Positions 34,834 to 47,391 of a stretch of 59,851 bases of DNA are shown here, one piece after another. This stretch comes from Gemmatimonadaceae bacterium (GTDB lineage: Bacteria; Gemmatimonadota; Gemmatimonadetes; Gemmatimonadales; Gemmatimonadaceae). Numbering within the stretch: position 1 is the first letter of the stretch; every line of letters begins with the position of its first letter. Under the pieces are notes generated by a model, which did not search any database, was not told the DNA's origin, and saw nothing but the letters and a program-made list of their open reading frames with translations. Where the stretch lies: the NCBI GenBank assembly GCA_016741895.1, contig JACVCT010000001.1, forward strand, positions 1 to 59,851. Reading direction: 5' to 3'. Both the position numbers and the translations under genes were made by a program.

Positions 34834-35831
34834 GTGATCACACGGCCCACCCGACCACCGACCTCGCATCGCGCCGCGACGACATCATCACACGCGGCCG
34901 CCGCGTCCTCGAGCAGGAAGCCCAGGCGCTGCTGCAGCAGGAGCGCCAGCTGGGCGAGCCGTTTGCACGCGCCGTGGCGCTGCTCACCGACTGCCGCGGC
35001 CGCGTCATCATTGCCGGCGTGGGCAAGTCCGGCAACGTGGCGCGCAAGATGGCCGCGACCTTCACCAGCACGGGTACTCCTGCACTCTTCCTGCATCCGG
35101 TGGAGAGTGTGCACGGGGACCTCGGCATCGTGGGCCCCGATGACGTCGCCATCCTCATCTCGAAGAGCGGCGAAAGCGACGAACTGCTGGGCCTCATTGA
35201 GGCGCTGGCGCGCATGGGCGTGCGCATGATCGCGATGACGGCCGTCCCCAGCTCGCGACTCGCGCGGCACGCGGACGTGACGCTGGACTTGCTGGTGCGC
35301 GAAGAGGCCTGTCCGCACGATCTCGCGCCCACCACGAGCACCACCGTCACCATGGCGCTGGGCGATGCGCTGGCGGTGGCGGTGCTGCTCGAGAAGGGCT
35401 TCCGCCCCGAGGACTTCGCGCGCCTGCATCCCGGGGGCGCGCTCGGTCGTCGGCTGCTCACACGCGTGCAGGACGTCATGGAACGCAACGAACTGCCGGT
35501 ACTGCCCCGCAGCGCGACCATGCGCGACGCGGTGGTGCTGCTGGCAAAACGCCGCGGCCTGGCCATCGTAACGGAACAGGGGCGCGTGTTGGGGGTGGTC
35601 ACGGCAGGGGACCTCACGCGGCTCATGCAGCGCGAGGCCGACGTGCTGTCGGAACCGGTCGCCAACGTGATGAGCGCGTCACCGCGCGTGGCCTACGAAC
35701 ATGAATTGGGGAGTGCAGTCGTGCATCGGATGGAAACCCACGGCATCATGGCGATGCCGGTGCTGGATGACCGTGAGGCGCTGGTGGGCGTTGTGCACCT
35801 GCACGACCTGATGCGCGCCGGAGCCGCATGA
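34830..35831 (+). CDS. kdsD: Arabinose-5-phosphate isomerase (KdsD/KpsF; SIS + CBS)
   Basis: GVGKSG, HGDLG, EACPHDLAPTTST, HPGGALG. Confidence 0.95.
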   Translation: MSDHTAHPTTDLASRRDDIITRGRRVLEQEAQALLQQERQLGEPFARAVALLTDCRGRVIIAGVGKSGNVARKMAATFTSTGTPALFLHPVESVHGDLGIVGPDDVAILISKSGESDELLGLIEALARMGVRMIAMTAVPSSRLARHADVTLDLLVREEACPHDLAPTTSTTVTMALGDALAVAVLLEKGFRPEDFARLHPGGALGRRLLTRVQDVMERNELPVLPRSATMRDAVVLLAKRRGLAIVTEQGRVLGVVTAGDLTRLMQREADVLSEPVANVMSASPRVAYEHELGSAVVHRMETHGIMAMPVLDDREALVGVVHLHDLMRAGAA

Positions 35832-36415
35832 GATCCGCGACCATGTGGCAACACGGCATACGACTTGTCGTCGCTTCCCTCGTGACCGTGGTCACGCTGG
35901 GCGCCGCCGCCTGTCCGGCCAAGAACGACAAGAAGGCACCGCCCCGCGCGGCCAAGGCCCTGCTGCCCGACTCGGCCGAGCAGTTGGGCTTTGGGGTGAG
36001 CACCATTCTCACCGACAAGGGCGTCAACAAGGGCGAGTTGCTGGCCGACACCACCTTCACGTATGACGACGGCACACGCCTCGAACTGCGCCGGGTCAAC
36101 CTCACCTTCTTCACCTCCCTTGGCATGAAGGACGGTGTGATGACCTCGCGCGAGGCCACCTACAATGCGCGCCTGTCGCGCATTGAGGCGCGCGGCGACG
36201 TGGTGGTGGTCCGTGAGGACGGCAAGCGTCTCACCACACAGCAGTTGGTGTACGATCAGGTTCGCAATCAGTTCTTCACCGATTCGGCGTTCGTGCTCAC
36301 CGAGCCCAAGCGGGAAATCTCGGGTATCGGCTTCGAGTCGGACCCCGCGCTCACCAATTTCCGCTGTCTGCGGGCCTGCAAGGGTGTCGCACCGGTGAAG
36401 GTCCCCGCGCAGTGA
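35828..36415 (+). CDS. lptC: LPS export protein LptC (lipoprotein-type signal)
   Basis: Between kdsD and lptA/lptB; hydrophobic segment ending AAAC; beta-jellyroll-like ARGDVVV..LTTQQL..GIGFESD. Confidence 0.8.
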   Translation: MRSATMWQHGIRLVVASLVTVVTLGAAACPAKNDKKAPPRAAKALLPDSAEQLGFGVSTILTDKGVNKGELLADTTFTYDDGTRLELRRVNLTFFTSLGMKDGVMTSREATYNARLSRIEARGDVVVVREDGKRLTTQQLVYDQVRNQFFTDSAFVLTEPKREISGIGFESDPALTNFRCLRACKGVAPVKVPAQ

Positions 36416-38330
36416 GCCCTCGCGGTATTGCCCGGCGTCACGCCTGGTGGCGTCTCACGGTGGTCGCCGTGCTGGTGGTCATTGCGGGCTGTCGTGGTGC
36501 GGGCCGCACGCGGCCTTCGGCTCCGGGCGCGGCTGTGCCCGGAGCCGACAGTCAGCGGCCCACCATCGTGCCTGGCGCGCGCCCCGACAGTGCAGCGCGC
36601 GATTCCATCCGCCGCGACAGTCTCGCGCGGGATTCCGCCGTGCGCGCAGCGGCCGAACTCGCCTTGCTGACGCGGGACTCCCTGCGCAAGGACTCGGTGG
36701 CGCGCGTCACCGCGCTGCGCGACTCGCTCGCCCGCGACTCCGTGCGCCGCGATTCGGTCTCGCGCGACTCAGTGGAAAAGGCGCGACGCAAGAAGCGCAC
36801 GGCCACCCGCGAGTGCGTGCTCGATTTTGCGGAATCGCCGCCCGAAACCCGTCTGCTGTACAGTCGCATCTCCGATTCGGTGTCCAACACCTTCATCGGC
36901 GGTGGGTTTGTGGGGCGCTGCCAGGGCGAGCAGAACCGCCTGCGCGCCGACAGCGCCGAACAGTTCCAGCAGGCCGGCGTGGTGAATCTGTATGGCAACG
37001 TGGTCTACGAAGAGATCGGCAAGATGCAGCTGACGGCGGCCCGCGCCACGTACTTCACGCGCGAAGGCCGCCTCTACGCCGACGGCAACGTCGTGGTCAC
37101 GCAGTTGGCCACGGGCAGCACCTTCTCGGGACCCGCCATCGAGTACTACCGGGCCAACGAGGAGCGGCCGTTCGCCCGCATGATCGCGCCCCAGCGGTCC
37201 ACCGCCCGCATGATTGAAAAGGACAGCACCGGACGCCTGCAGCCGCCCGTCGTCATCAGCGCCAACCGCTTCGAGGACGCGGGGGACTCGCTGCTCATGG
37301 CCTGGGGCGACGTGACCATCGAGCGCGAGCGCATCAATGGGCGGAGCGACAGCGCCTCGTTCGACAAGATCAGCCGGATGGCCCGGCTCATCCGCGGCGC
37401 GCGCATCACCAACACCGATACGGCGCAACGTTTCGTGCTCACGGGGGACACCATCAACCTGTACAGCACCGATCGTCAGTTGGACCGCGTGTTTGCGCTG
37501 CACAAGGCCACGGCCACCAACGAACAGCTGGTGCTGAACGCCGAGCGCATCGACATGCGCCTCAAGAACCAGGAGCTCGACGAGGCCTTTGCGTTCGGGG
37601 AGGGCAGGGCGCGAGCCACCACGCCCCAGCAGGATGTCGAAGCGGATTCACTGCGCATCAAGCTCGCGGAGCGCCAGGTGCAGGAAGTCCGGGCCATTGG
37701 TCGCGCCGTCGCCATCGGTACGCCCGATACCCTGCGCATGAAGACCACGGGCAAGGACGTGCTGCGCGGCGACAGCGTGCTGGCGTTCTTCGACACCACA
37801 ACGGCTCCGGCAGATACCGCCAGGCCCCGGGCAGGCGGCCCCACCAAGGCCGGCACCCGGACCCGCTTGCGCGAAATCCGGGCGCTGGGCAACGCCAGTT
37901 CGCTCTTCCACATGGCCAACTCCAGGGGGCCGACCGCCCCACCCGGCATCAACTATGTGCGGGGTGTCCGGATCTACGTGAACTTCGATACCGGGGCCGT
38001 ACACGACGTCCGGGTGGATTCCGCGGCCAGCGGCCTGTATCTCGAACCCGCCCCCGACAGTCTGTCTGACAGCCTCACCACCCGGGACAGCCTGGGACGT
38101 CGGGATACCACCACCCGCCGCCCCAGACCCGATACCTTGCAGCAGTATCGGGTGTCGCAGGCGGGGCCTGACAACCAGGCGGGCCTCCGGCACGCCGGAC
38201 TGGAAGGGGCGAGTATGCTGGCACGACGGCGGGACTCCACCCCGCTGCCATGGCACGCCCCGAATACGCCGGACCGCGCGCCCGCGTGGCTTGATGCATA
38301 CTATTCGACATTCGCCCTCCGACGCCGGAC

Positions 38331-38334
<4 letters not shown>
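36412..38334 (+). CDS. Long LptA/OstA-like lipoprotein with D-S/T repeat arrays
   Basis: Lipobox IAGC; repeated LRADSA / GNVV / WGDVTI jellyroll motifs; occupies the lptA position. Confidence 0.75.
36586..36774 (+). repeat. Coding pentapeptide repeat (R/K/P)-D-S-x-x, 10 copies
   Basis: [19 protein letters not shown]...RDSLRKDSV...[19 protein letters not shown], with varied synonymous codons. Confidence 0.9.
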
Positions 38335-39229
<895 letters not shown>

Positions 39230-39230
<1 letters not shown>

Positions 39231-40723
39231 TGAAGACCGGCCTGCAGCAGACGACCGGGCTCCGACAGGAGCTCAAGGTCAATCCGCGCCTCTATCAGGC
39301 GATGGATCTGCTGTACATGCCCCTGCTCGACCTGCAGCAGCACCTCAAGCAGGAGCTGCTCACCAATCCCTTCCTCGAGCTGGTCGAGCCCGAGGACGAG
39401 GACGAGGACTCGCCGGACAGCGAAGACACGCCGGAACCGCAGGATCTCGCCGAGCCGGAGACCACCGCCGAGGCGGAGCCTGAAAAGACCGGCGATGACG
39501 ATGTGGATTGGGAGGCCGTGCTGCTCGACGGCTTCGAAACCGGTGGCGCGCGCGAGGAAACGGAGCAGCGCGACTACGTCGAGCCCGTAACGGTGGCCAC
39601 CACCGATCTCGCCGACTATCTGGGTGAGCAGCTCGCGCTGCTCGACCTCACGCCACGCCAGCAGTTTCTGGCGGAGGAGTTTGTCGGCAACATCAGCGAC
39701 GACGGCTATCTCGCCTGTCCGCTGGATGAGATCCGCTCAGCCGTGAACGAGCGCCTCATGCGCGAAGCCGAGTCGCGCGACATCCAGGGCGACATCCCGC
39801 TCTTCGGCGAAGACGAAGTGCTCGCCATGCTGCGGGTGCTGCAGGATCTCGATCCCCCCGGCGTTGGCGCGCGCGACCTGCGCGAGTGCCTGCTGCTGCA
39901 GCTGCGCGCGGCGGGCCAGCAGGCCTCCCTCGCGCACCGGCTCGTCGAAGAGGCCTTCGAGGAACTCATCGGCCATCGCTGGAGCGAGCTGGCCAAGCGC
40001 TATGGCATCAGCGCGCAGGATGTTCAGGGGGCGGCCGACGAGATCGCCAAGCTCGATCCCAAGCCCGGCCTGCGCTACAGCGCCGGCAGCGACAACTACA
40101 TCATTCCCGACCTCGTCGTCGAAAAGATCGATGGGCACTACCACATCTTTCTGAACGACGGCAACCTGCCGCGCCTCAAGCTCTCGCGCACCTACCAGGA
40201 ACTCGCGCGTGACAAGAAACGCTTCGACGCCGAGAGCAAGGACTTCATTGCCAGCAAACTCAACTCGGCCAACTGGATGATCCAGGCCATCGAGCAGCGG
40301 CGGCAGACCATGCTCAAGGTCATGCACTACATCGTGGATCGGCAGCGCGACTTCTTCGAGAAGGGCGTGCAGGCCCTGCGCCCGCTCACGCTGCGCGAAG
40401 TGGCCGAGGCCGTGGGCATGCACGAGTCCACCGTCAGCCGCGTGACCAACGAGAAGTTCGTGCAGACCCCGCGCGGGGTGCTGCCGCTCAAGTTCTTCTT
40501 CTCCTCGGGCCTCGCCACCGCCGACGGCGACGACGTGTCGGCCCGCGGCATCAAGGATCAGATCGAAAAGCTGGTCGCCGGCGAGGATCCCCGGAACCCG
40601 CTCACCGACCAGGCCATCGTGGAGATTCTCCAGGAAACCGGTGTGCAGATCGCCAGACGCACCGTGGCCAAGTATCGCGACCAGCTGGGCGTGCTGCCCG
40701 CGCGCATGCGCAAGCGCGTGTAG
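39230..40723 (+). CDS. rpoN: RNA polymerase sigma-54 factor
   Basis: HESTVSR HTH and RpoN box ARRTVAKYR. Confidence 0.98.
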
Positions 40724-40770
40724 CGGCCGCGCCGCAGCTCTCGTCGCCGTCTCCCCGCATCAACTCATTC

Positions 40771-41838
40771 ATGGCTGTCAGTACCCGACCCGCCCGTCCC
40801 ACACCGCGTCGCGCGCTCACCGCGCCTGTCGACGTGAGTGTGCTCGTTCCCGCCAAGGACGAAGCCGGCAACCTCGCGCTCTTCGTGGAGCTCTGCGATG
40901 CGATGATTCGCGCACAGGCGGCGCGCTATGAGGTGCTGGTGGTGGACGACGGTTCCAGTGACGGCAGTTGGGCGTTGCTCCAGGAACTCGCCACGCGCCA
41001 TCCGTTTCTGCGCCCCGTGCGCCATCGCGCGCAGCGTGGCATCGCCGAGGCCCTGCGCACCGGCTACCTGCACGCGCATGGACAGATCCTGGTGTTCTAC
41101 CCGGCCGATCTGCAGTTCAAGCCGGAAGACATCCCCTCGCTGGTGGGCCCCATCCTCGCCGGTGAGTCCGACATGGTCACCGGCTTCAAGCAGGGCAAGT
41201 ACGAAAAGGCCTTTGTCTCCCGCATCTACAACGGACTGAGTCGCACGCTCTTTCACATCCCGGTGCGTGACCTCAACAACGTGAAGGCCTACCGGCGCGA
41301 GATCATGGCCTCGCTGCCCATGCGACCGGACTTTCACCGCTACATGATCGTGATGGCGGCGGCGCAGGGCTTCACCGTCACCGAAGTCCCCATTCCGCTG
41401 TACCCGCGCCACTCGGGCCGCTCCAAGTTCGGTCTCTCGCGCATTCCGGTGGGTGTGCTCGACATGCTTGCAGTGTGGTTCGAGCTGCGCTTCGGACAGA
41501 AGCCATTGCTCGCCTTCGGCATGCTCGGCGCCGCCCTCTTCGCCGTGGGCGTGCTGGCTGGTGTGGGTGCGCTGATCTGGCTGCTGATCAGCGGACAGGG
41601 GCAGCGTTGGGTGTGGACCGTCATCCAGACCACGCTCATTCTGGGCTCGGTGTTCTTTGCCACCGGGCTGCTCGGCGAGCAAATCGCGCAGCAGCGCGCC
41701 GAAGTGCGTGAACTCCGGCGGGAACTGGATGACGTCGCGACCATTCAGCAGGAAGCAATCGACGCCAGTCAGTCGGCGGATGCTCCCGGCGCCACCGGGA
41801 TGACCGGCGACCACAACACCGACGCGGCCGGCAGGTGA
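40771..41838 (+). CDS. GT2 polyprenol-phosphate glycosyltransferase (GtrB/CsbB/ArnC-like)
   Basis: VLVPAKDE, VDDGSSD, ADLQ, two C-terminal TM helices. Confidence 0.88.
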   Translation: MAVSTRPARPTPRRALTAPVDVSVLVPAKDEAGNLALFVELCDAMIRAQAARYEVLVVDDGSSDGSWALLQELATRHPFLRPVRHRAQRGIAEALRTGYLHAHGQILVFYPADLQFKPEDIPSLVGPILAGESDMVTGFKQGKYEKAFVSRIYNGLSRTLFHIPVRDLNNVKAYRREIMASLPMRPDFHRYMIVMAAAQGFTVTEVPIPLYPRHSGRSKFGLSRIPVGVLDMLAVWFELRFGQKPLLAFGMLGAALFAVGVLAGVGALIWLLISGQGQRWVWTVIQTTLILGSVFFATGLLGEQIAQQRAEVRELRRELDDVATIQQEAIDASQSADAPGATGMTGDHNTDAAGR

Positions 41839-43082
41839 GCGGTTCGCCGCGCCTGCTTTTTGTCACGCACAACGTACCCCGTTTCGCCGGGGACGCCGCC
41901 GGATCCTTCGTGCTCCGCCTGGCCGTGGCCCTGCAACAGGCCGGCGCGCGTGTCGACATTCTGGCGCCCGGGGCCAGCGGACTGCCCGCAAGCCACCACA
42001 TCGACGGCGTACACATCAGGCGGGTGCGCTACGCCAGTGACGAGCGCATGACGCTGGCGTACACCGGCACCATGGCCGAAGCCGTGGCCGGCTCGTGGAG
42101 TGGACGCCTCGCGCTCTTGCAGTTGCTCTGGGCCATGCGTCGCGCCGTAAGCGACGCGGTGCAACGCGCTCGCCGTGAGGGCGCGCCCTATGACGCGCTG
42201 CATGTGCACTGGTGGTTCCCGTCAGGACTGGCGCTGCTTGCTGCGGTGCGCTCGTGGTGGCCGCCGCTCGTGGTCACCATGCACGGCAGCGATGTGCGGC
42301 TGGCCGCAAAGAAGCCGGCGGCGCATCCGCTCATGCGCGCGGTGCTGCAACGCGCGGCCGTGCGAACGGCCGTGTCCACCTGGCTTGCTGATACCGCCAG
42401 CCGCATTGCCGCTGTACCGGTTGAGGTGGCGCCGATGCCTGTTGATGTCAGTCCACTCCGTGGCCCCACGTCGGAGCATGAGTCTTCGACCGGTGCGGCG
42501 GCTCCGAAGCGAAATGGTGTGCTCTTTGTCGGTCGCCTGAACGCGCAGAAGGGGCTTGCCGATCTGCTCGACGCGCTGGCGCTGCCAGACGCCCAGTCAC
42601 TCACGCTGGATGTGGTGGGGGACGGGCCCGATGCCACGGCCTTGCGTGCACGCGCCGAGCGCCTTGGCGTGGCCTCGCGGGTCACCTGGCATGGGCATCT
42701 GGCACAGCCGGATCTGCTGCCGCGCTACGCGCAGGCGCGCGTGGTGGCCATGCCGTCCCGCGGTGAAGGACTCGGATTGGTGGCGGTGGAAGCACAGCTG
42801 GTCGGCACACCGGTGGTGGCCTACGCGGACGCAGGGTTGCTGGATGTGGTGGACCCGGCGCATGGCGGGACGCTGGTGCCGGTGGGGGACATCCCGGCGT
42901 TGGCGGCAGCACTGTCGCAGGTTGCCGGCAACGACGCCGAACACGCCGCCCAGGCGCAGGCCCACGGCGCACAGGCCCGGCAACTCATGCTGCAGCGCTT
43001 CGCCCCCGCAGCAGTAGCCGCACGCTACCTCGCGCTCTATCAGCAGGCGCGTACCGGCCATCCGCCAAAGGGCGTCGGCTGA
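41835..43082 (+). CDS. GT4 (GT-B) glycosyltransferase
   Basis: HWWFPSG, TMHGSD, FVGRLNAQKG, EGLGLVAVEA. Confidence 0.92.
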   Translation: MSGSPRLLFVTHNVPRFAGDAAGSFVLRLAVALQQAGARVDILAPGASGLPASHHIDGVHIRRVRYASDERMTLAYTGTMAEAVAGSWSGRLALLQLLWAMRRAVSDAVQRARREGAPYDALHVHWWFPSGLALLAAVRSWWPPLVVTMHGSDVRLAAKKPAAHPLMRAVLQRAAVRTAVSTWLADTASRIAAVPVEVAPMPVDVSPLRGPTSEHESSTGAAAPKRNGVLFVGRLNAQKGLADLLDALALPDAQSLTLDVVGDGPDATALRARAERLGVASRVTWHGHLAQPDLLPRYAQARVVAMPSRGEGLGLVAVEAQLVGTPVVAYADAGLLDVVDPAHGGTLVPVGDIPALAAALSQVAGNDAEHAAQAQAHGAQARQLMLQRFAPAAVAARYLALYQQARTGHPPKGVG

Positions 43083-44077
43083 TGTCCTCACTTCTGCAGG
43101 CCTTTGCCCGCATCCTGCGCCAACCGGTGGTTCGCGCGGTGCTGCTGCTCCTCACCATCGGTTTCATCGCGGTGGCGCTGTCCAGGCAATGGGAGAATGT
43201 CGCGGCCTCCTGGCAGTCGCTGGACATCGCGTGGAGTTGGGTGGCGATGGCCACAACGGTGGTGCTTGGCACCTACGCCATCCTCATTCACAGCTGGCGC
43301 ATCCTGCTGAGCGGATGGGGCGGCCATCTGTCGTATGGCTCAGCCACCCGCATCTGGACCATCGCCAACCTCGGTCGTTGGCTCCCGGGAAAGGTGTGGT
43401 CCATCGGCGCGCTGGGATACATGGCCTCCAGGGAGGGCGTGTCGGGCGTCGCCGCCGCGGGATCCTCCGTATTGGGGACGCTCCTCAACCTTGGCGCCGG
43501 TCTGGCCATCGCCGTGGTTCTCGGCGCCGATGGCCTCGAATTCATCGCGCCAGGCTTCCGGGTTGTGTCGATTGTCGCGGCCGTCGGGTTTGTCGTGGGG
43601 GTTGCGGCGCTCCCGCGACTCCTGCCGCCTTTGTTGGGGGCCTTTGCCCAGCGCCGCGGGCTGCCGCTCACCAGCCAGCACCTCAGTGCCAACCAGTTGT
43701 GGCTGGCCACGGGCCTCAACCTGCTGTCCTGGGTGGCCTATGGCGTGGCATTCTGGATGTTCTCGCGCGCGGTAACCCCGCGTATCAGTGGCGATCCGTT
43801 GGTGTTCATCGCAGTTTACTCGGCTTCCTATCTGGCGGGCTTCCTGGCGCTCTTTGCGCCCGGAGGGCTCGGCGTGCGCGAGCTGGCGCTGGGCGGCCTG
43901 CTGGTTGGGCTGGGCATGGCGGGGCAGGGTGATGCGGCCGTACTGAGTGCGACCTCACGCATCTGGCTCACCGTGCTGGAGGTGTTGCCGGGTCTGTTGG
44001 CCCTGTTCACACTGAGCCCGGGGCAGCGCGCTGCACTGCGTCGCTCGCAGGACCCGCCCGCCACGCCCAGTCGCTGA
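43082..44077 (+). CDS. LPG_synthase_TM/UPF0104 flippase-like membrane protein
   Basis: About 8 TM helices, GRWLPGKVW, PGGLGVRE. Confidence 0.82.
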   Translation: MSSLLQAFARILRQPVVRAVLLLLTIGFIAVALSRQWENVAASWQSLDIAWSWVAMATTVVLGTYAILIHSWRILLSGWGGHLSYGSATRIWTIANLGRWLPGKVWSIGALGYMASREGVSGVAAAGSSVLGTLLNLGAGLAIAVVLGADGLEFIAPGFRVVSIVAAVGFVVGVAALPRLLPPLLGAFAQRRGLPLTSQHLSANQLWLATGLNLLSWVAYGVAFWMFSRAVTPRISGDPLVFIAVYSASYLAGFLALFAPGGLGVRELALGGLLVGLGMAGQGDAAVLSATSRIWLTVLEVLPGLLALFTLSPGQRAALRRSQDPPATPSR

Positions 44078-44165
44078 CCCGCATTTCGCACGTCAATCGC
44101 GGGCCGCCGTGCCATCCGGCGCAACGGCCCGCGCCTGCCGCATTTTTCTTCCGACACTGCGCTTC

Positions 44166-46622
44166 ATGGCTCGATCCAACCCGTCGCCTGCCTCATCGCC
44201 CGATTCACGCCTGTCCCTGTGGTGGGCGGCCGGGGTGTGCGTGCTTGCCACGCTACTGCTGGCCTGGCCTGCACTCGGCGGCGCGTTTCTCGTCAATCCC
44301 AATAGCGACCAGTACATCGCGGGCTACTCCTTCCGCGAGTTCGCCGCACAGTCGCTGCGTGCCGGCAACGGCTTCCCGCTGTGGAATCCCTACCAGTTCG
44401 GTGGCATGCCCTACGTCGCCGCCATGCACGGCGACATTTTCTACCCCACGTTTCTGTTGCGCATGATGCTGCCCACCGACGTCGCCATGACGTGGGGCTT
44501 CATCATTCACACGGTGCTGGCCGGCTTCTTCACGGCGGGCTTTCTGCGCGCAGCCGGGGTCAGGACGCAGGCGGCCATCATCGGCGGCGTGGCGTATCTG
44601 CTCAGTGGCGCCGTGGCCTCCTATCCCTCGCCGGGACATGACGGCAAGCTGTTTGTCAGTGCGCTGCTGCCGGCAGCGCTCTGGGCGCTGATCCGCGGCA
44701 TTCGCGACGGACGTCAGGCCGCTTGGGGCGCGCTCGCCGTGATTGTGGGCTTGGCCGTGTTGTCGCCGCACCCGCAGCTGCTGCAGTACATGCTGCTCAC
44801 GGCCGGCGCCTTTGCGCTGTGGCTGGCCCTGTCGCCCACCGCTCTGAGCGACGACAACGGCATCAAGACCCCGACGGCGTCGGCTGCACCAGCCGCTGCG
44901 CCCCTCCAGTGGCCACGCCTTGGACTCGCCCTCGGCGCCGTGCTGCTTGGCGGCGCCATGGGTGCCATTCAGTATCTGCCGGTGCGCGAGTACGTGCCCT
45001 GGTCACCGCGTGCCGGCGGCAAGGGCTACGACTACGCCACGTCGTTCTCCTTCCCGCTCGAGGAGACCATCAATCTCTACCTGCCCCAGTTCTCCGGCAT
45101 TCTCGACAACTACTGGGGCCGCAATGGCATTCACTTCCACAGCGAGTATGTGGGGGCCAGCGTGCTGGTGCTGGCGGCCTTTGCATTGGGCGGCGGCCTG
45201 CTCAATCGTCACCGTCGTCACGCCTGGTTCTGGCTTGGCGCGCTGATCGTCTCGCTGTTCTGGGCCTGGGGCGGCAACACGCCGTTCTATCAGCTGGTCT
45301 ACGCCATCGTACCAGGCTCCAAGTTCTTCCGGGCGCCGAGCACCATTCTGTACGTCGTTTCGTTCTCCATCGCCGTGCTGGCCGCCTTTGGCGCCGAGCG
45401 CGTGCTGGCAGGGAAGGGGACCCTGCGCTACGCCATCGGCTGGTCGGTGTTTGCCGTGCTGGTAGCCGGTCTGGCGTCGGCCGGCGCCTTCACCAACCTG
45501 GCCTTCTCCATGCTGGGTGACGTGCGCGGCGACGCCATTCAGGCCAACGCGTCCAACGTGGTCGTGGGCGCGTGGCGATCGGCGCTGGCGGTGCTGGCCG
45601 CCCTGGTGGTGCTGGTACTGGCCGCGCGCGGCAAGCTCACTGCGACCCTCGCAGGCTGGGCGCTCACCGCCGTGGTGGCGCTCGACCTCTGGAGCATCGA
45701 GCGGCACTACTGGAGTTTTTCGGAACCGGCCTCGGTGCTATACGCCGAAGACGACATCGTGCGCTTTCTCAAGAATGCGCCCGAACCGTCGCGCGTGATC
45801 GCCATCCCGCTCGGCGAGAACCTTGCCTCGCACGACCCGTTCATCCTCGGTGACGCGCTCATGGCGCACGGCGTGCGCGGCGTGCTGGGCTACCACGGCA
45901 ATGAGCTCGGACGTTTCCAGGAGCTCTACGGCAAGAACGAAGGCTTTGCCTCGCTGGCCAACCCCAACTTCTGGTCGCTCACCAACGCGCGGTACTTCCT
46001 GACCAACGCGCCCGGCTTGCCGTTCCAGGGCGCCAAGCTGGTGGCCGGCCCGGTGCGCAATGCCGCCGGCACCATGACCTTCCTCTACGAGTTGCCGGGC
46101 GACCACCCGGCGGCCTGGGTGGCGCCCATGCGGGTCAAGCTCGACGACCCCACCGCCAAGGCCACCGTGCTCAACCCGCTCTTCGACGTGAAGCGTGTGG
46201 CCATCTTCGATACCAGCGCCACGATCGAGGCCCAGCCGGTCAACTCGCCGTTGCCCGAGCCCGTGCCGTTCCGCGCCAACGTCACGCGCTTCGAACCGGG
46301 GGCCATCGACGTGACCCTGGACGGACCGGCGCCGACGGGCAGCGCCCTCGTGGTGTCGGAGAACTACTATCCGGGATGGTCGGCGACCGTGGACGGGCAG
46401 CCGGCCAACACCGCGCGAGCCGACTTCACGCTCATTGGCGTCGAGTTGCCCACAGGGGCCAAGCAGGTGCAGCTGCGCTTCGACAGCGCTCCATATCACA
46501 CAGGCAAACTCGTTACCTTGATGGCACTTGGCGCCGCGCTGCTCTGGTGGGTTCTGGGAGCGGTGATGGACCGGCGGCGAACAGCCGGCCTGGCGCCCGC
46601 GACCTCAGAGACTACGGCGTGA
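44166..46622 (+). CDS. YfhO-family GT-C membrane glycosyltransferase
   Basis: PLWNPYQFGGMP, many TM helices, FRAP, C-terminal SENYYPGWSATVDG. Confidence 0.85.
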   Translation: MARSNPSPASSPDSRLSLWWAAGVCVLATLLLAWPALGGAFLVNPNSDQYIAGYSFREFAAQSLRAGNGFPLWNPYQFGGMPYVAAMHGDIFYPTFLLRMMLPTDVAMTWGFIIHTVLAGFFTAGFLRAAGVRTQAAIIGGVAYLLSGAVASYPSPGHDGKLFVSALLPAALWALIRGIRDGRQAAWGALAVIVGLAVLSPHPQLLQYMLLTAGAFALWLALSPTALSDDNGIKTPTASAAPAAAPLQWPRLGLALGAVLLGGAMGAIQYLPVREYVPWSPRAGGKGYDYATSFSFPLEETINLYLPQFSGILDNYWGRNGIHFHSEYVGASVLVLAAFALGGGLLNRHRRHAWFWLGALIVSLFWAWGGNTPFYQLVYAIVPGSKFFRAPSTILYVVSFSIAVLAAFGAERVLAGKGTLRYAIGWSVFAVLVAGLASAGAFTNLAFSMLGDVRGDAIQANASNVVVGAWRSALAVLAALVVLVLAARGKLTATLAGWALTAVVALDLWSIERHYWSFSEPASVLYAEDDIVRFLKNAPEPSRVIAIPLGENLASHDPFILGDALMAHGVRGVLGYHGNELGRFQELYGKNEGFASLANPNFWSLTNARYFLTNAPGLPFQGAKLVAGPVRNAAGTMTFLYELPGDHPAAWVAPMRVKLDDPTAKATVLNPLFDVKRVAIFDTSATIEAQPVNSPLPEPVPFRANVTRFEPGAIDVTLDGPAPTGSALVVSENYYPGWSATVDGQPANTARADFTLIGVELPTGAKQVQLRFDSAPYHTGKLVTLMALGAALLWWVLGAVMDRRRTAGLAPATSETTA

Positions 46623-46627
46623 CACGA

Positions 46628-47380
46628 ATGCAGACCCCAGCGCGCGGTGCGCTGGCGTTGGGTGAGCGGGGCATCGTCATTGTGCCCACGTACAACGAAA
46701 GCGAGAACATCACGCGCATCGTGCCGCAAATCCTCGACCAGGATTCGCGGCTCGAAGTGCTGGTTGTGGACGACAACTCGCCCGATGGCACCGGCCAGCT
46801 CGCCGACGAAATGGCGGCCGAAAATCCGCGCGTGCATGTGCTGCATCGCCCGGGCAAGGAAGGGCTGGGCCGCGCCTATCTGGCCGGGTTCCGCTGGGCG
46901 CTCGAGCGCGACTACGCGTTCATCTTTGAAATGGACGCCGACTTTTCGCATGACCCGCGGCACCTGCCGGAATTCCTGGCCGCCGTTCGTGATGCGGATC
47001 TGGTGCTGGGCTCACGCTACCGCGACGGCAAGGTCACGGTGGTCAACTGGCCCATGACCCGGCTCATGCTGTCTTACGGCGCCAACATCTACGCGCGTGC
47101 CGTGACCGGCATGCGGCTGGGCGACGGCACCGGTGGCTTCAAGTGCTTCCGGCGGGAAGTGCTGTCCGCCATCCCGCTCGATCAGGTGCGTTCCAACGGT
47201 TACGCCTTCCAGATCGAGATGAGCTTCCGGGCCTGGAAGAAGGGGTTCCGCATCGCGGAAATCCCCATCGTCTTCCATGACCGAACCGAGGGCGAGTCCA
47301 AGATGTCCAAGCGCATCGTGCGCGAAGCCGTGTGGATGGTGTGGCGGCTCCGCTGGTGGGCACTCACCGGTCAGGTCTGA
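46628..47380 (+). CDS. Polyprenol-monophosphomannose synthase (Dpm1/Ppm1-like GT2)
   Basis: PTYNE, DDNSPDGTG, GLGRAY, MDADFSH, GYAFQIE, GESKMS. Confidence 0.88.
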   Translation: MQTPARGALALGERGIVIVPTYNESENITRIVPQILDQDSRLEVLVVDDNSPDGTGQLADEMAAENPRVHVLHRPGKEGLGRAYLAGFRWALERDYAFIFEMDADFSHDPRHLPEFLAAVRDADLVLGSRYRDGKVTVVNWPMTRLMLSYGANIYARAVTGMRLGDGTGGFKCFRREVLSAIPLDQVRSNGYAFQIEMSFRAWKKGFRIAEIPIVFHDRTEGESKMSKRIVREAVWMVWRLRWWALTGQV

Positions 47381-47391
47381 CTCCTTCGCTC